A stretch of 63,853 nucleotides of DNA, filler included. It is 8 parts of 8 records of this genome, joined end to end, with 100 filler letters (N's around TTAATTAATTAA, not from the genome) between each part and the next. Parts side by side here need not be neighbours in the genome. Positions count along the whole stretch, not along the records: positions 39,842 to 49,793 come from SRR31156797_12118; 7 more parts are not named here. The stretch is one strand, 5' to 3'. The notes beneath the pieces were generated by a model. The model made no database searches, was not told the origin of the DNA, and worked only from the letters and a program-made list of their open reading frames with translations. The first letter of the stretch is position 1, and each line of letters opens with the position of its first letter. Positions 39,949-49,688 of the stretch are shown piece after piece. The position numbers were made by a program, and so were the translations under genes.

Positions 39949-40800
39949 TTATCTGAACCGGCGTTTTATATCCGGATAGAATCCCAGCCGGTTCAACACA
40001 TTGATATCTTTTTTAAGTTGTTTTTCGGACCGGAAAATCAGGGCTACATGGGTTTCCCCAAAGGATGTTCGGAACCAGTCGATTTCAAGTTCCGGCGATC
40101 TTTTTCTGAAATAGGCCATGAATTTTACAGCACGTGCCGGGTTGTGGAACATGTTGACGGGAACCTTGTTGCCGGGGCTGTATTTTTCTCTTTTCTTGCC
40201 TGAATGCTCCGGCAGAGTTGATACACTTAATACATATTGAAGGTGATGAAAAATGTAGCCACTGTACCAATTGGCGCCATCGGGGATGGCCGGATTCGTA
40301 TCCGAACTCTTTTTGATCCTGCCGGGGCCGTAATTATACGCTGCAGCCGCCAGGTGAAGGTTCCCGCCATAACGATCAATCATCATCCGCAGATACCGGG
40401 CCCCTGCCATGATATTTTTACAGGGATCATAAAGGTCACTTAACTTTGTAAAGCCCAGGTCCTTTGCCGTTCCCGGCCATTGGATCTGCATAATGCCGTG
40501 ACAGTTTGCCGTGGATTTTGCATCCGGGTTAAAATCCGATTCGCCCCTGGCAAAGGCCATGATTAAACTAAGCGGAACCCTGTGTGTCTTGGCAGCCTTT
40601 TTAAAACAGGCTTCAAATGGGAATTGTTTTGCCGGCAAAAGATCCGTTTTCATGGCAGCATAGTTTTTCCATGCCCGGTTATAATTCATATCCGGGATTT
40701 GTTTTTTAAACCCTTCGGCTCTTTGGGTCATACTTGTAGCGATACATAGCCACAAAGCAATGTGCATAAATACTTTAGTTTTCAAAACCAACCTCTCCAT
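39949..40800 (-). CDS. Secreted lytic transglycosylase (SLT domain)
   Basis: GESDFNP..GIMQI..AAAAYNYGPG. Confidence 0.9.
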   Translation of the reverse strand: MERLVLKTKVFMHIALWLCIATSMTQRAEGFKKQIPDMNYNRAWKNYAAMKTDLLPAKQFPFEACFKKAAKTHRVPLSLIMAFARGESDFNPDAKSTANCHGIMQIQWPGTAKDLGFTKLSDLYDPCKNIMAGARYLRMMIDRYGGNLHLAAAAYNYGPGRIKKSSDTNPAIPDGANWYSGYIFHHLQYVLSVSTLPEHSGKKREKYSPGNKVPVNMFHNPARAVKFMAYFRKRSPELEIDWFRTSFGETHVALIFRSEKQLKKDINVLNRLGFYPDIKRRFR

Positions 40801-41707
40801 TGCTTTGAATGATGATATTTCCGCCCTTGCTGACTTTCATCAGAGCGCTGATTTGCCTGGTGATCTGTTGGGACAGGGAGACCCCAAAAAGGATTTCTCT
40901 GTCTCCCGAAACAGACACCGCCCTTGCAGACGCCCGGATCACTTTATCCGGAACAGTCTGCCGGTCCATGTAATAAATCCGGCCGGAAAATAAAACCGGT
41001 ACAAAGGTCCAGGGCGATGAGGCGGTATTAAGTTGCCAGAATCGGTCCTTGATACGCATGTAGAGCGTGGCCTGATTTTTTGTTTTAAGTGTACTGAAAA
41101 GTGCATCGTCGGATGAAAAACCAAGGGAAAAACCTGTTTTTTCTTTTTCCGGGGATAGTTTTGCACCTGATTTTGTTTTTGCCGGTACAGGTTTTGTTGA
41201 AACGTCGCCGGCCATTTTTTGTTTTAAATTTTTTGCTTTGGACTCAAGAGGCTGGATTCCTCGCTTCATCCGATGGATCTCATCTGCGATAAATCCAAGG
41301 GCTTGCCGTTTTTCAATATAGGCTTGTTTTATCTTTTCAAGTTGAGTTAAAATCTTTTGTCTTTCTTTTCGAAGAGCGGTGATCTGTTCCAGGAAAGCCG
41401 TATGCTGCTCTTTAATCTGTTGCTGCTCATTTCTGGCTTTTTTTAGTGCTTGTTCCATCGCAGCCAGGGATTTGCCAACGTCCTGAATCCTTTGTTCAAG
41501 ACGGCTGATTTTATCTTTGACAATCTCCTGGGTATTGATCAGAGGCTGGGCTGCCTTCCGGGTCACGGGCATGGATTTGACCAAGGAGAAAATGATCATC
41601 AGACACATGCAGATCACCGCAAAAAAGCGCATGGTGTCTGTCTGCAGACTTTCCGTTTCATCAGGGTGGGGCCGGGTAGAAAATCCCGGTTGTCTGTACC
41701 GGATCAT
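40775..41707 (-). CDS. Single-TM coiled-coil hypothetical protein
   Basis: LQTDTMRFFAVICMCLMIIFSLV anchor followed by a long heptad region; translationally coupled on both sides. Confidence 0.8.
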   Translation of the reverse strand: MIRYRQPGFSTRPHPDETESLQTDTMRFFAVICMCLMIIFSLVKSMPVTRKAAQPLINTQEIVKDKISRLEQRIQDVGKSLAAMEQALKKARNEQQQIKEQHTAFLEQITALRKERQKILTQLEKIKQAYIEKRQALGFIADEIHRMKRGIQPLESKAKNLKQKMAGDVSTKPVPAKTKSGAKLSPEKEKTGFSLGFSSDDALFSTLKTKNQATLYMRIKDRFWQLNTASSPWTFVPVLFSGRIYYMDRQTVPDKVIRASARAVSVSGDREILFGVSLSQQITRQISALMKVSKGGNIIIQSNGEVGFEN

Positions 41708-42357
41708 GCTGACTCCTTTGCGTTTTCGTCTGTAATTTTGTCTTCTTGCTTCTTTTCTGTATTCTGTTCCATGAGCCGGACCATATGGTCCAGCCTGGAA
41801 TGGATTTCCCGGGTTTCCTTGCTGTATTGGTATTCAAAACAGGCGTTCAGCCTGGGCCCGAGTATCCATGCCTTTAACACCCTCATGATATAACCGCCGA
41901 TTCCCCCGGCAATGGTGGTGGACAAGGAGAGAAGAATCCCCCCGTCAACCAGCCGCGTCAGGATGAAAAAAGCGCCTTGGTCTGAGGCCGTTTCAGCGTC
42001 AAGTGATCCGATTGATAAAACAAGTGCGTTTCTCATGCCGATGGCCGTCCAGACCACACCGATACCGAAAAAAAGATTGATCAACAGATCCAGTTTCTCC
42101 TGCATGGCCGCAACCTGAGTCATGTCAGCCCGGTCGTGGGGGCCAAGCAGCACGAAAAGCCGCCGCAGATAATAAAGAAAAAACAGGAGGACAATGATAA
42201 AGGGGATGATTGAGAACCCCAGGTTTTTCATGGTCCAGATTAAAACCGGAACCAGGGAAATTCCTTTTTCGGAACTGATGATGATCAGGCCTGAAAGATT
42301 GAAAAGATAGATTCCCAGTACCGTAACCATCATTCCTGATATTATACCTTTTATCAT
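41704..42357 (-). CDS. Multi-TM protein, MotA/TolQ/ExbB-like
   Basis: FFGIGVVWTAIGM...GGILLSLSTTIAGG; start reassigned to ATG 42357 after AAGGAG. Confidence 0.65.
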   Translation of the reverse strand: MIKGIISGMMVTVLGIYLFNLSGLIIISSEKGISLVPVLIWTMKNLGFSIIPFIIVLLFFLYYLRRLFVLLGPHDRADMTQVAAMQEKLDLLINLFFGIGVVWTAIGMRNALVLSIGSLDAETASDQGAFFILTRLVDGGILLSLSTTIAGGIGGYIMRVLKAWILGPRLNACFEYQYSKETREIHSRLDHMVRLMEQNTEKKQEDKITDENAKESA

Positions 42358-42373
42358 GTCCGCGCTCCTTGGC

Positions 42374-42434
42374 GTAGTGAGTGGTGAGTGATGAGTAGTG
42401 AGAAAAACAGCTTCCATTCTCACTACTCACCACT
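42374..42434. repeat. Heptamer tandem repeat (GTAGTGA-like x4) with inverted copy forming a hairpin
   Basis: GTAGTGA GTGGTGA GTGATGA GTAGTGA GA ... TCTCACTACTCACCACT. Confidence 0.8.
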
Positions 42435-42491
42435 TTCATATAAAAAATTTAAAGTTCACCTGTTTTGAGCTTTCCCTGAACCTGCCGCTGT

Positions 42492-43061
42492 TTATTTGCT
42501 GTCACAAGCCAGGCAGGCGGCCTCAAGAATGACGCCGATTTTATCCCATTCCATACCTGCCTTTGCATAGGTCTTTTGATCCCCACAGACCTTGACCAAT
42601 CCCAGGTATTTATCTCGCAGCTCAGCTTTTCCGTCCTCCAGGATTTTGGACAGGCTCAGACAATAACTGCATGTCTGGTATTCGGAAGGAAGACAGATAA
42701 ATTTTTCTTTAAAATACCGGTTGTAGGTATGTTTTGCTTCAAGGGTGGTGATTATGCCCTGATTCTTGGCCCAGACCAGAAATGCTTCAAATCGTTTTTT
42801 GTTTTTAAGGGACGGTGCGCCCTTACAGACGGTCAGCAATGCCTTAAAAATTTCATCAAACCGTCCGGAACAGTCCGGGTGGGATAGCGTTTTTTGGGCT
42901 GTTTCAAAAGCGTCGGGAACCAGGTTGCCGGATGGCAGGGGGCAACTTGCCACCTGGGGATTGTTCCTTTCAACGGGTTGAGGGGACAGGGTGTTACACC
43001 CTGTCAGCAGGCAGCAGGCAACCAGTACGGATATGGTCAGTTTCAAATAGTTGGTTTTCAT
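42492..43061 (-). CDS. Cysteine-rich lipoprotein
   Basis: Lipobox LLTGC; multiple Cys in the mature part; RBS AAGGAG. Confidence 0.85.
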   Translation of the reverse strand: MKTNYLKLTISVLVACCLLTGCNTLSPQPVERNNPQVASCPLPSGNLVPDAFETAQKTLSHPDCSGRFDEIFKALLTVCKGAPSLKNKKRFEAFLVWAKNQGIITTLEAKHTYNRYFKEKFICLPSEYQTCSYCLSLSKILEDGKAELRDKYLGLVKVCGDQKTYAKAGMEWDKIGVILEAACLACDSK

Positions 43062-43082
43062 TTTATTTCTCCTTTTATGAAA

Positions 43083-43112
43083 GTATTGAGTAGTGAGTTT
43101 TGAGTAGTGAGA
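43083..43112. repeat. Second heptamer tandem repeat (GTAGTGA-like x4)
   Basis: GTATTGA GTAGTGA GTTTTGA GTAGTGA GA. Confidence 0.75.
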
Positions 43113-43126
43113 TTTAAAACAGGCCC

Positions 43127-43906
43127 TTAGTCCATGTCCAGCTCACTTCCGAATGTGCCTTCCGATTCCGGGTCAACGGCCATGGCGGGCAAAACAGTCG
43201 TGTCGTCAAACTCGCCGAACACGATTTCTTTAACGGTGTTGACCATGGCGGCCATTTCCGGCGTAACCGTTCCCCACTGCCCCTCAACGACGAGCACCAT
43301 CTTCTGCCGCTGGATTTCCTGTTCCATCAGATCAATGGTCTCCATAACGGCACGGCTGTCGAGATAGATCTCCGATGCCAGGGAAACAATGCTTGTGCCG
43401 CCGCCGGATTTGATCATCTCATAGTACTTTGCAAACCGGCCGGACAGTGAGACCCGGCTTTTCACAACTTTTGGCCGTGCACTGCCCGACAGCAGTTTCT
43501 GGATTCCGGACGGGCTGGTTTTTTGCCCCAGCTCCTTTTTGATCCGTTTTTCTATCCCTTTGCCCGTGGCCGCCATGGTCTGTTTCATTTCCGGAAGACT
43601 GGATTCCATGATCTCAAGCATCTCTTTATAATGGTTGCCGATCTGCTTTTTGATTTCCAGGCATCCGGGATCATCGGAATTGTCACATCCGATTTCCCGG
43701 TAAAGTTTGCTCTGTGTATCCAGCTTTTCAATGACGCCTTTCAGCGCCGTTTCCATGTCCTTGGCCATGGTTCCGGTATGGCTGATATGCTCCTGCACAT
43801 CACTGGGAAACAGATTGATGACCGGTGCCCCGGCTGCATATCCCGCCATGGCCAGCAGGCTGATCAGGATAACTGGGTAAATGAGTGTTCTTTTGAATTG
43901 ATGCAT
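43127..43906 (-). CDS. Secreted helical hypothetical protein
   Basis: Signal peptide ending AYAAGA; RBS AAGGAG. Confidence 0.85.
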   Translation of the reverse strand: MHQFKRTLIYPVILISLLAMAGYAAGAPVINLFPSDVQEHISHTGTMAKDMETALKGVIEKLDTQSKLYREIGCDNSDDPGCLEIKKQIGNHYKEMLEIMESSLPEMKQTMAATGKGIEKRIKKELGQKTSPSGIQKLLSGSARPKVVKSRVSLSGRFAKYYEMIKSGGGTSIVSLASEIYLDSRAVMETIDLMEQEIQRQKMVLVVEGQWGTVTPEMAAMVNTVKEIVFGEFDDTTVLPAMAVDPESEGTFGSELDMD

Positions 43907-43963
43907 GGTTGTTTTCTCCTTTTATAAATTTTGGCTTTCTTGTTTTATGCCTTTAGAGAAGAC

Positions 43964-43989
43964 TACGGACATGCAATGAGTTTGGTTCA
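43964..43989 (-). promoter_or_regulatory. ECF-type promoter TGAA-N14-TGTCCGTA (copy 1)
   Basis: Identical motif and spacing at three gene starts. Confidence 0.75.
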
Positions 43990-44033
43990 AAAAAAATGGT
44001 TAAAGGTATGATTTTGATTGGGTGTGACAAATT

Positions 44034-44239
44034 GCTCAAGGACTTGAACAGGGGATGGAAAAAGGTCTTTAGGGGGTATTGAGCCGGCAGTAACTATTAA
44101 GTTCGGCGACAGCGATGACTGTAAGACGGTTATAACAAAAATTAAAACCATACAGGACATCAACCGCCTGAAAGCGTTGAAGGGGACAATTTTGTCTGCA
44201 AAATCAGTTTCAGAATTGATCAGGTCAATTGAAAATTAG
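44034..44239 (+). pseudogene. C-terminal remnant of an Rpn/PD-(D/E)XK transposase-like protein
   Basis: AQGLEQGMEKGL*/frameshift/GIEPAVTIKFGD..KIKTIQDINRLKALKGTILSAKSVSEL. Confidence 0.6.
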
Positions 44240-44300
44240 CTGTCCCCCCCCCCTTTTTTTCCTCTACTGCTCCGGACACTTCTGTTTCCGCCAGACCGGC

Positions 44301-46124
44301 TTACCGGATCCGGGGGGCGCAGACACGGAACCCATAGAAAGGGTGTTCATAGTCAGTCGAACCCAGGCTGCGATCAGCAGTCTGCGCGCTCGACATCGGA
44401 TGGCCCCAGTTCCCGCCCCGGATCACCCGGGACGACAAATCACCGGATGAAACAACTGGATTTCTTGAGGTATGTTTTGCGTAGGCGTCGCTATCGTAGA
44501 CATCTTCACACCACTCCGAGACATTGCCGGACATGTCATAAAGACCAAGGCCGTTTGGTGATTTCGTGGCGACCGTGTGAGTTCTGTCTTCGCTGTTATC
44601 ATCGTACCATGCCAACTGCTCCGGATGATCACCACCGGCATATGTTTCATCTTTTCCCCCGCTCCTGGCCGCATACTCCCACTGGGCTTCCGAAGGCAGG
44701 TTAAATTCCTGTCCTGATTTAGCATTTAGTTTGGATATAAATTTTTTTGCATTATGCCAGGATACCTGTTCCACGGGATGACTGTCCTCGAATTTAAACC
44801 GTGACGGATTATTCCCCATGATCTGTTTCCATTGCCCCTGTGTCACTTCGGTTTTTCCCATCCAGAACCCGTCCAGGCAGACATAGTGGACCTTGCTTCT
44901 TCCGAAAAGACTAGGTGAATCACTCCCCATATTAAAGCATCCTTTCGGCACCCAGACAAACACCATGCCCGTGACCGGCTCGATCCAGGTATCGCCGGGT
45001 GATGGGGATTCTGCCTGGACGGCCGGTTTGCTTTCCTGGAGAGGCTTAAGTTTTCGAAGTTTATACCGGGCCGTGGCCGAATATTTCCCGTTTGGAAATT
45101 CAGACAGAAAAAAGTTGAAATCTGCCGGGTCTTTGCTTGGTTTAACTTCCTGCCAAAGTTCATATTCCGGATCAGGGCAGCCTGCCGTCAATACCGGCCC
45201 GGCAGGTGTTGAACCGCCGTTGCCTGAATCCGGCTCGGATGTACGGGTTTCCGGCAGGATAAAGACAAAATCCCCTTTATCCAGTTTCGGATGCCGGATG
45301 GTGCCGTACTGGGGGTGCTGGCTTCCCTTTGAATATTTTATCACCTTTTTTTGCAGGAAGTTGCCCAGCTCGGTACCGGTGACATAGCCGTCCTTGTTGA
45401 GATCTCCCTCTCCCTCCAGGGCCGCCACAAACTGGGCTTTGAAAATGCTTTTATCCGGCACCTTTTCCGTTTCATCACCCGAGGTGAAAAACTGGCGGAT
45501 GGGACTGGCTGTCTTTGAATTGATCTCCTCGGGCACGGCCCGCACCATGGACAACAGGGAACCGGAAAAGCACGCATCAAAGATAAACACCGCATGTTTG
45601 GCATCAATGTCATAGGCATATTCCTCAATCCGTTGAAAGGACAATACCTTGGACTTGAAACCGGCAGGATCATCATAGGGGTTTGGCGCGCCCCTGGGGA
45701 CCAGGTAGCCCCGTTTTTCATCCCCCCATTGGGGTGTCAGGGTATGGCCATGGCCGGCAAAATAGATCAACAGTCGGTTGTTTTCCCCCTTGCCATGAAG
45801 GGAGATGAAGTTGCCGATGGCCCGGTCAAGGGCATCTTTATCCGGGTCCATCACCGTGGTGATTCCAAACCCGTGTTTCTCCAAAACGCTTTTGACATCC
45901 TGTATATCTTTTTCCACGCCGGGAAGATCCGACCAGCCCCGGGTATAATGACTCACCCCGATAACCAGGGCATGGCTTTCTTTGTACAGCATCACCTGTT
46001 TGCCGTCTTTGACCACCCGTTTGATCCCCCGGTGCGGGGATGCCGGACATATGGCAAGCGGCCAGGCACACATCACCAGCAGTATCGGCACGATCAAGGT
46101 GATCCAATGCATTCTCGGTTTCAA
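44301..46124 (-). CDS. Secreted caspase-like (peptidase C14) protein fused to a C-terminal FGE-sulfatase/SUMF1 domain
   Basis: Signal peptide; YFAGHG and IFDACFSG catalytic dyad; LPSEAQWEYAAR, GLYDMSGNVSEW, RVIRGG..GFRV. Confidence 0.92.
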   Translation of the reverse strand: MKPRMHWITLIVPILLVMCAWPLAICPASPHRGIKRVVKDGKQVMLYKESHALVIGVSHYTRGWSDLPGVEKDIQDVKSVLEKHGFGITTVMDPDKDALDRAIGNFISLHGKGENNRLLIYFAGHGHTLTPQWGDEKRGYLVPRGAPNPYDDPAGFKSKVLSFQRIEEYAYDIDAKHAVFIFDACFSGSLLSMVRAVPEEINSKTASPIRQFFTSGDETEKVPDKSIFKAQFVAALEGEGDLNKDGYVTGTELGNFLQKKVIKYSKGSQHPQYGTIRHPKLDKGDFVFILPETRTSEPDSGNGGSTPAGPVLTAGCPDPEYELWQEVKPSKDPADFNFFLSEFPNGKYSATARYKLRKLKPLQESKPAVQAESPSPGDTWIEPVTGMVFVWVPKGCFNMGSDSPSLFGRSKVHYVCLDGFWMGKTEVTQGQWKQIMGNNPSRFKFEDSHPVEQVSWHNAKKFISKLNAKSGQEFNLPSEAQWEYAARSGGKDETYAGGDHPEQLAWYDDNSEDRTHTVATKSPNGLGLYDMSGNVSEWCEDVYDSDAYAKHTSRNPVVSSGDLSSRVIRGGNWGHPMSSAQTADRSLGSTDYEHPFYGFRVCAPRIR

Positions 46125-46142
46125 CGTTCCCTCCCTTGGGTA

Positions 46143-46709
46143 CTATTTAAGAAATCCTGCTTTTTTTAGCAACGCCATTTTCCTGTCTTGGTCGGCCGGA
46201 TCGGAATACCGGAAAAAGACCTGGTATCCTTGTTCTGTTTTTTCCACCTCACAGGGCACTTTCAGGGCGGAACTGACATACCGGGCGAATTTCAGGGCCT
46301 TGGGGCGGCTTGAAAATCCCGGCCGGAAAACGGCTTTTTCCGGATTATCCGGACTCCGGATCGAATCGTCAGCCGCCGCGCCTTTCGCCAGGCTTTGCGC
46401 CTGTGCGTCAGAGCCGGATTCCTCAAGCACTCTTTCTGCTTCAGGTGCTTTTGGGGGGCCAGGTCTTTCATCCAAAATCGGGAACGTGATTTCCGGTTTA
46501 CTTCCATCCGCAGTGTCATCGTGTAAATCACTTACCATATCTGCCGTGTCAGCTTCAAGTGCCGCTTTTTCCTCAGCATCCACGGATATGGGGTGCGGAT
46601 TCAGGGGATCTTTTGGTTTGTTGTCGTCCGGCCCGTTAAAAAAAATAAACCAGACGGCAAGAACCAGGGCCCCACCCGCCAAAAATCCGGTCAAACTTGT
46701 TTTATTCAT
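46143..46709 (-). CDS. N-anchored periplasmic protein with possible SPOR-like C-terminus
   Basis: TM, Pro/acidic linker, small alpha/beta domain; start reassigned to 46709 after GGGAGG. Confidence 0.7.
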   Translation of the reverse strand: MNKTSLTGFLAGGALVLAVWFIFFNGPDDNKPKDPLNPHPISVDAEEKAALEADTADMVSDLHDDTADGSKPEITFPILDERPGPPKAPEAERVLEESGSDAQAQSLAKGAAADDSIRSPDNPEKAVFRPGFSSRPKALKFARYVSSALKVPCEVEKTEQGYQVFFRYSDPADQDRKMALLKKAGFLK

Positions 46710-46711
46710 AA

Positions 46712-48076
46712 TTACCTCCCTGTCCGAAAAGGCAGAACTGCCCAGGAAATTTGTGCACCACAGTTCCCGGCTGCAGCGTTTGCCCATTTTTTGATTTCAG
46801 GAAAATCCGCATCTATAATCCTGACCCCGAAATACCCGGTTCGGGTGTAAGCCGGAAAATCCGGCAAAGGTGAGTCGGAAGCCAGGGCAACAATCAATTC
46901 TTCCCCCAGGGGCTCGGTCACTTCGATCTCAAAATCCGCATCGTAATGATCTGCCGGTATGGTATTGACCTGTCCGGGAATCAGTACAGGCGCGGTGGCG
47001 GTAAAGGCGTTGGGGTAGATTCTGGCCACTGTGCCGTCCGCAGCCACGTTGAAGATCCTGACATAAGCGCGTCTGTCGGTTCTGGCATGGATGGTGACGG
47101 CCTCCCCTTTTTTGTAAAACAATCGGGTTCTGCCTTTCCCGGTGAACAGATCCAGTTTTAACGGGTCCGGCTCCGGCATGGGTGGGCGGACTTTCGATAG
47201 GGGCCGGCCAGTTTCATCCGGGGCATCTGATTCAAACCATTCTGATTTGACAAAGGCCTCCTGAATGATCCCGTTGAACGAAGAAAAAACCCGTCCAAAA
47301 GTCTTGGTCTCCTTCAGACAAGTATGAATCATCACCCCCTTGTCGTTTCGGATGATCTCCCCGGTCAGGGTTAGAGATGCCTTTTCCCGCGTGGCGACCA
47401 GGCTGATGCCGGGGACACCGTCGGACAGGGCCGTGTTGAACCCCATGGCCAGTCGTCTGCTTAAAGACGGGTTCAAAGGGCATGAATGGGCCTTGAAATC
47501 CCGGGGATCAATGAACAGGGTGAAGTGGATATCGTCTCCGGCTGATCCCGGATTAAATCCCTCTATCATAATTTTTCCGGCAATACGGGCCAGATCCTCG
47601 GGCGAACGGATGGCCGGTTGAAATAATTCCGGCGGAAGACTGTGGTTGCCAACAGTCATTTGGGAAGCGGCGGCTACGCTTCGGTTTTGCTTATGCATCA
47701 GCGTGAGGTGGACAATGGTTGTGTCTTTTCCGGCCTTGTATTCCGGTTTCAGGAAAAATTCGGCGTTTCCGCCATTTTGGGTCCGGAAAGCCACGGATCT
47801 TCCCAGGGCTTCGTTGATCTGCCGATCCAGCGTTTCCCCCAGCAACAGATAAGTTTCCCCGTCTTCGGGTTTGGGGGTTCTGGTTTCCACCTCAATCCGG
47901 TAGGGACTGTTGTAATCAAGTTCAAGTTGTTCAACAAGGTGAGCGCCCAGCCTGTCAAAACCGGGTTTCGGGTCGGCCGAAACAGGCAGAGACCCGTTAT
48001 GTCCGACCTGTGAATGGGTGCAGGACAACAGGCATAGGCAGATAAGAGATGCAAGTGGTGTTAACAATGATTTCAT
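46712..48076 (-). CDS. Lipoprotein with C-terminal DUF4384 domain
   Basis: Lipobox LLSC; YKKGEAVTI..AYVRIF..DGTV.RIYPN..EPLGEELIVALAS. Confidence 0.85.
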   Translation of the reverse strand: MKSLLTPLASLICLCLLSCTHSQVGHNGSLPVSADPKPGFDRLGAHLVEQLELDYNSPYRIEVETRTPKPEDGETYLLLGETLDRQINEALGRSVAFRTQNGGNAEFFLKPEYKAGKDTTIVHLTLMHKQNRSVAAASQMTVGNHSLPPELFQPAIRSPEDLARIAGKIMIEGFNPGSAGDDIHFTLFIDPRDFKAHSCPLNPSLSRRLAMGFNTALSDGVPGISLVATREKASLTLTGEIIRNDKGVMIHTCLKETKTFGRVFSSFNGIIQEAFVKSEWFESDAPDETGRPLSKVRPPMPEPDPLKLDLFTGKGRTRLFYKKGEAVTIHARTDRRAYVRIFNVAADGTVARIYPNAFTATAPVLIPGQVNTIPADHYDADFEIEVTEPLGEELIVALASDSPLPDFPAYTRTGYFGVRIIDADFPEIKKWANAAAGNCGAQISWAVLPFRTGR

Positions 48077-48148
48077 CGGTTCAACTCCTTTGACCGTAAA
48101 ATGATTCGGTCAGTTCTGTCATTCAGGTTTCTATCCATACATTATTGA

Positions 48149-48174
48149 TACGGACAGATGATGAAAATCATTCA
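48149..48174 (-). promoter_or_regulatory. ECF-type promoter TGAA-N14-TGTCCGTA (copy 2)
   Basis: Upstream of the DUF4384 gene. Confidence 0.75.
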
Positions 48175-48253
48175 TTTTCTGGTGCATTTTTTTAACCGGC
48201 TCTGAGAATTAGCCGTCTTGCGAAAAAATAATGATGCATTTTGTTCGCGGTCC

Positions 48254-48883
48254 TTATTTAATCTGCGCTCCTAATCCATGGTTCTCCTTTTCTATAATTT
48301 CAATATGAGCGGTTTGGTCTTTGATGGTGATTTTGATGATCAGTTCCGGCTTGATAAAACTCTTGGTCTGAACATAAGTTGTTTTCATCACCACCTTTTC
48401 AAACCCTTTGATATCTGATTTTCCGGACTGCAGCAGGGTTTTAAATCGTTGGATGCGCCCCGCATCCGTCCAAATCAGGTTCCCATTTTCAAGCAGCACC
48501 GTTTCAAAGGAGGGATCTAAGGCAAAGGCCATGGTGAAGGCCCTGGGCCGGTTCATGTAGATGCCGGTCCCGGCAATGGCAAACAGCAGGACGGAGGCGG
48601 CAAGGGCTTGAATTTTCTTAGTAAAAAAACCGCTTTTTTTCCGGGTGTCATCCCGGGCTGTTTCCTCTTCGGCTGCCATATCGTGAAGATACCGGTCCAC
48701 CAGTTCATAGCATTGGTCGCAATGATCGATATGACGGATGCATTTGGTCCTTTCCTCGGTGCTCAGCGTACCCTCCCACATTCCAGCCATCTGGCCTGCA
48801 GTGATATGGAGATCTTTTTCCCGGATCTCTTCAGGATGATCGGGGGCCCTGTCAAAATATATTTTTTTTATCCATCTGGTCAT
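48254..48883 (-). CDS. Zinc-finger (ZAS) transmembrane anti-sigma factor
   Basis: HIDHCDQC = HxxxCxxC, single TM, directly downstream of sigma. Confidence 0.8.
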   Translation of the reverse strand: MTRWIKKIYFDRAPDHPEEIREKDLHITAGQMAGMWEGTLSTEERTKCIRHIDHCDQCYELVDRYLHDMAAEEETARDDTRKKSGFFTKKIQALAASVLLFAIAGTGIYMNRPRAFTMAFALDPSFETVLLENGNLIWTDAGRIQRFKTLLQSGKSDIKGFEKVVMKTTYVQTKSFIKPELIIKITIKDQTAHIEIIEKENHGLGAQIK

Positions 48884-48899
48884 AATTCCTCCGGTCCCG

Positions 48900-49637
48900 T
48901 TACCGAATCCCTTGGGTTAATAATTCTTTTTTAATATCCAACTCAATTTTCTTTAACCGCCGCCCTGCCTTCTGCCGTGATATGCCGATGATCCGTGCTG
49001 CTGCAGCAATTTTGTGGTTTGATGCATAAACCAGTTTTACCAGTAGCCGGTCTTCATTCTGGAGCTGTTCAATATGGGCTGTGATCAATTCCAGGACAGG
49101 GGCCTTTTTATCCCTGTCCTGTTTATCAATGAGCATATCGAGGGAATTGGATTCATCGGCTTGCATTTTTTCGATCATATCTTCTCCAGATTCAGTATAA
49201 CTGGATACAAATACAGGGTTGCTGGGACAGGGAATCTCTGTGACAGGCTTGATTTTCTTTACAAACGTTTCCCATGGCCCCTTGAATAATTTTTCCACTG
49301 TTAAAAATTCATAGGCATCTTCATAGGAAAATTTTTTCCAACAGACATAATCGTATACGGCCTTTGCCAACTCCCCTAACTTTTCTACGGCTTTGGGAAA
49401 TCTTTGCCTGCCGAATTTTTTGCGGTTGAAATCAATGACGAGACGATCAATTACGGCATAAAACCAATTATAAAACTGCTTTTCGGTTTCCCCGGTAAAT
49501 GTTGAGAATCGCTTGTAATTATCTTTCTCCAGGGCTTTAAAAATGAAATCGCGGCACTCTTCCCCGTGCTTATGGAAACATTTTTTATCGATGATCTTTC
49601 TGCTTTTTTCTGAATAAATCATTGAACGAATATCCAT
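48900..49637 (-). CDS. ECF-type sigma-70 factor with an insertion between regions 2 and 4
   Basis: FYNWFYAVIDRLVIDFNRKK (region 2); L..EDRLLVKLVY..IAAAARIIG (region 4). Confidence 0.8.
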   Translation of the reverse strand: MDIRSMIYSEKSRKIIDKKCFHKHGEECRDFIFKALEKDNYKRFSTFTGETEKQFYNWFYAVIDRLVIDFNRKKFGRQRFPKAVEKLGELAKAVYDYVCWKKFSYEDAYEFLTVEKLFKGPWETFVKKIKPVTEIPCPSNPVFVSSYTESGEDMIEKMQADESNSLDMLIDKQDRDKKAPVLELITAHIEQLQNEDRLLVKLVYASNHKIAAAARIIGISRQKAGRRLKKIELDIKKELLTQGIR

Positions 49638-49688
49638 TGCCTGTTCCCTGCTTTTGTCATCAGTTTTTATATGTTATTGAAATTATCA

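Noticed and set aside
44301-44440. FGE-domain C-terminus as a diversity-generating retroelement variable region
   Set aside because: No template repeat or reverse transcriptase seen in this contig
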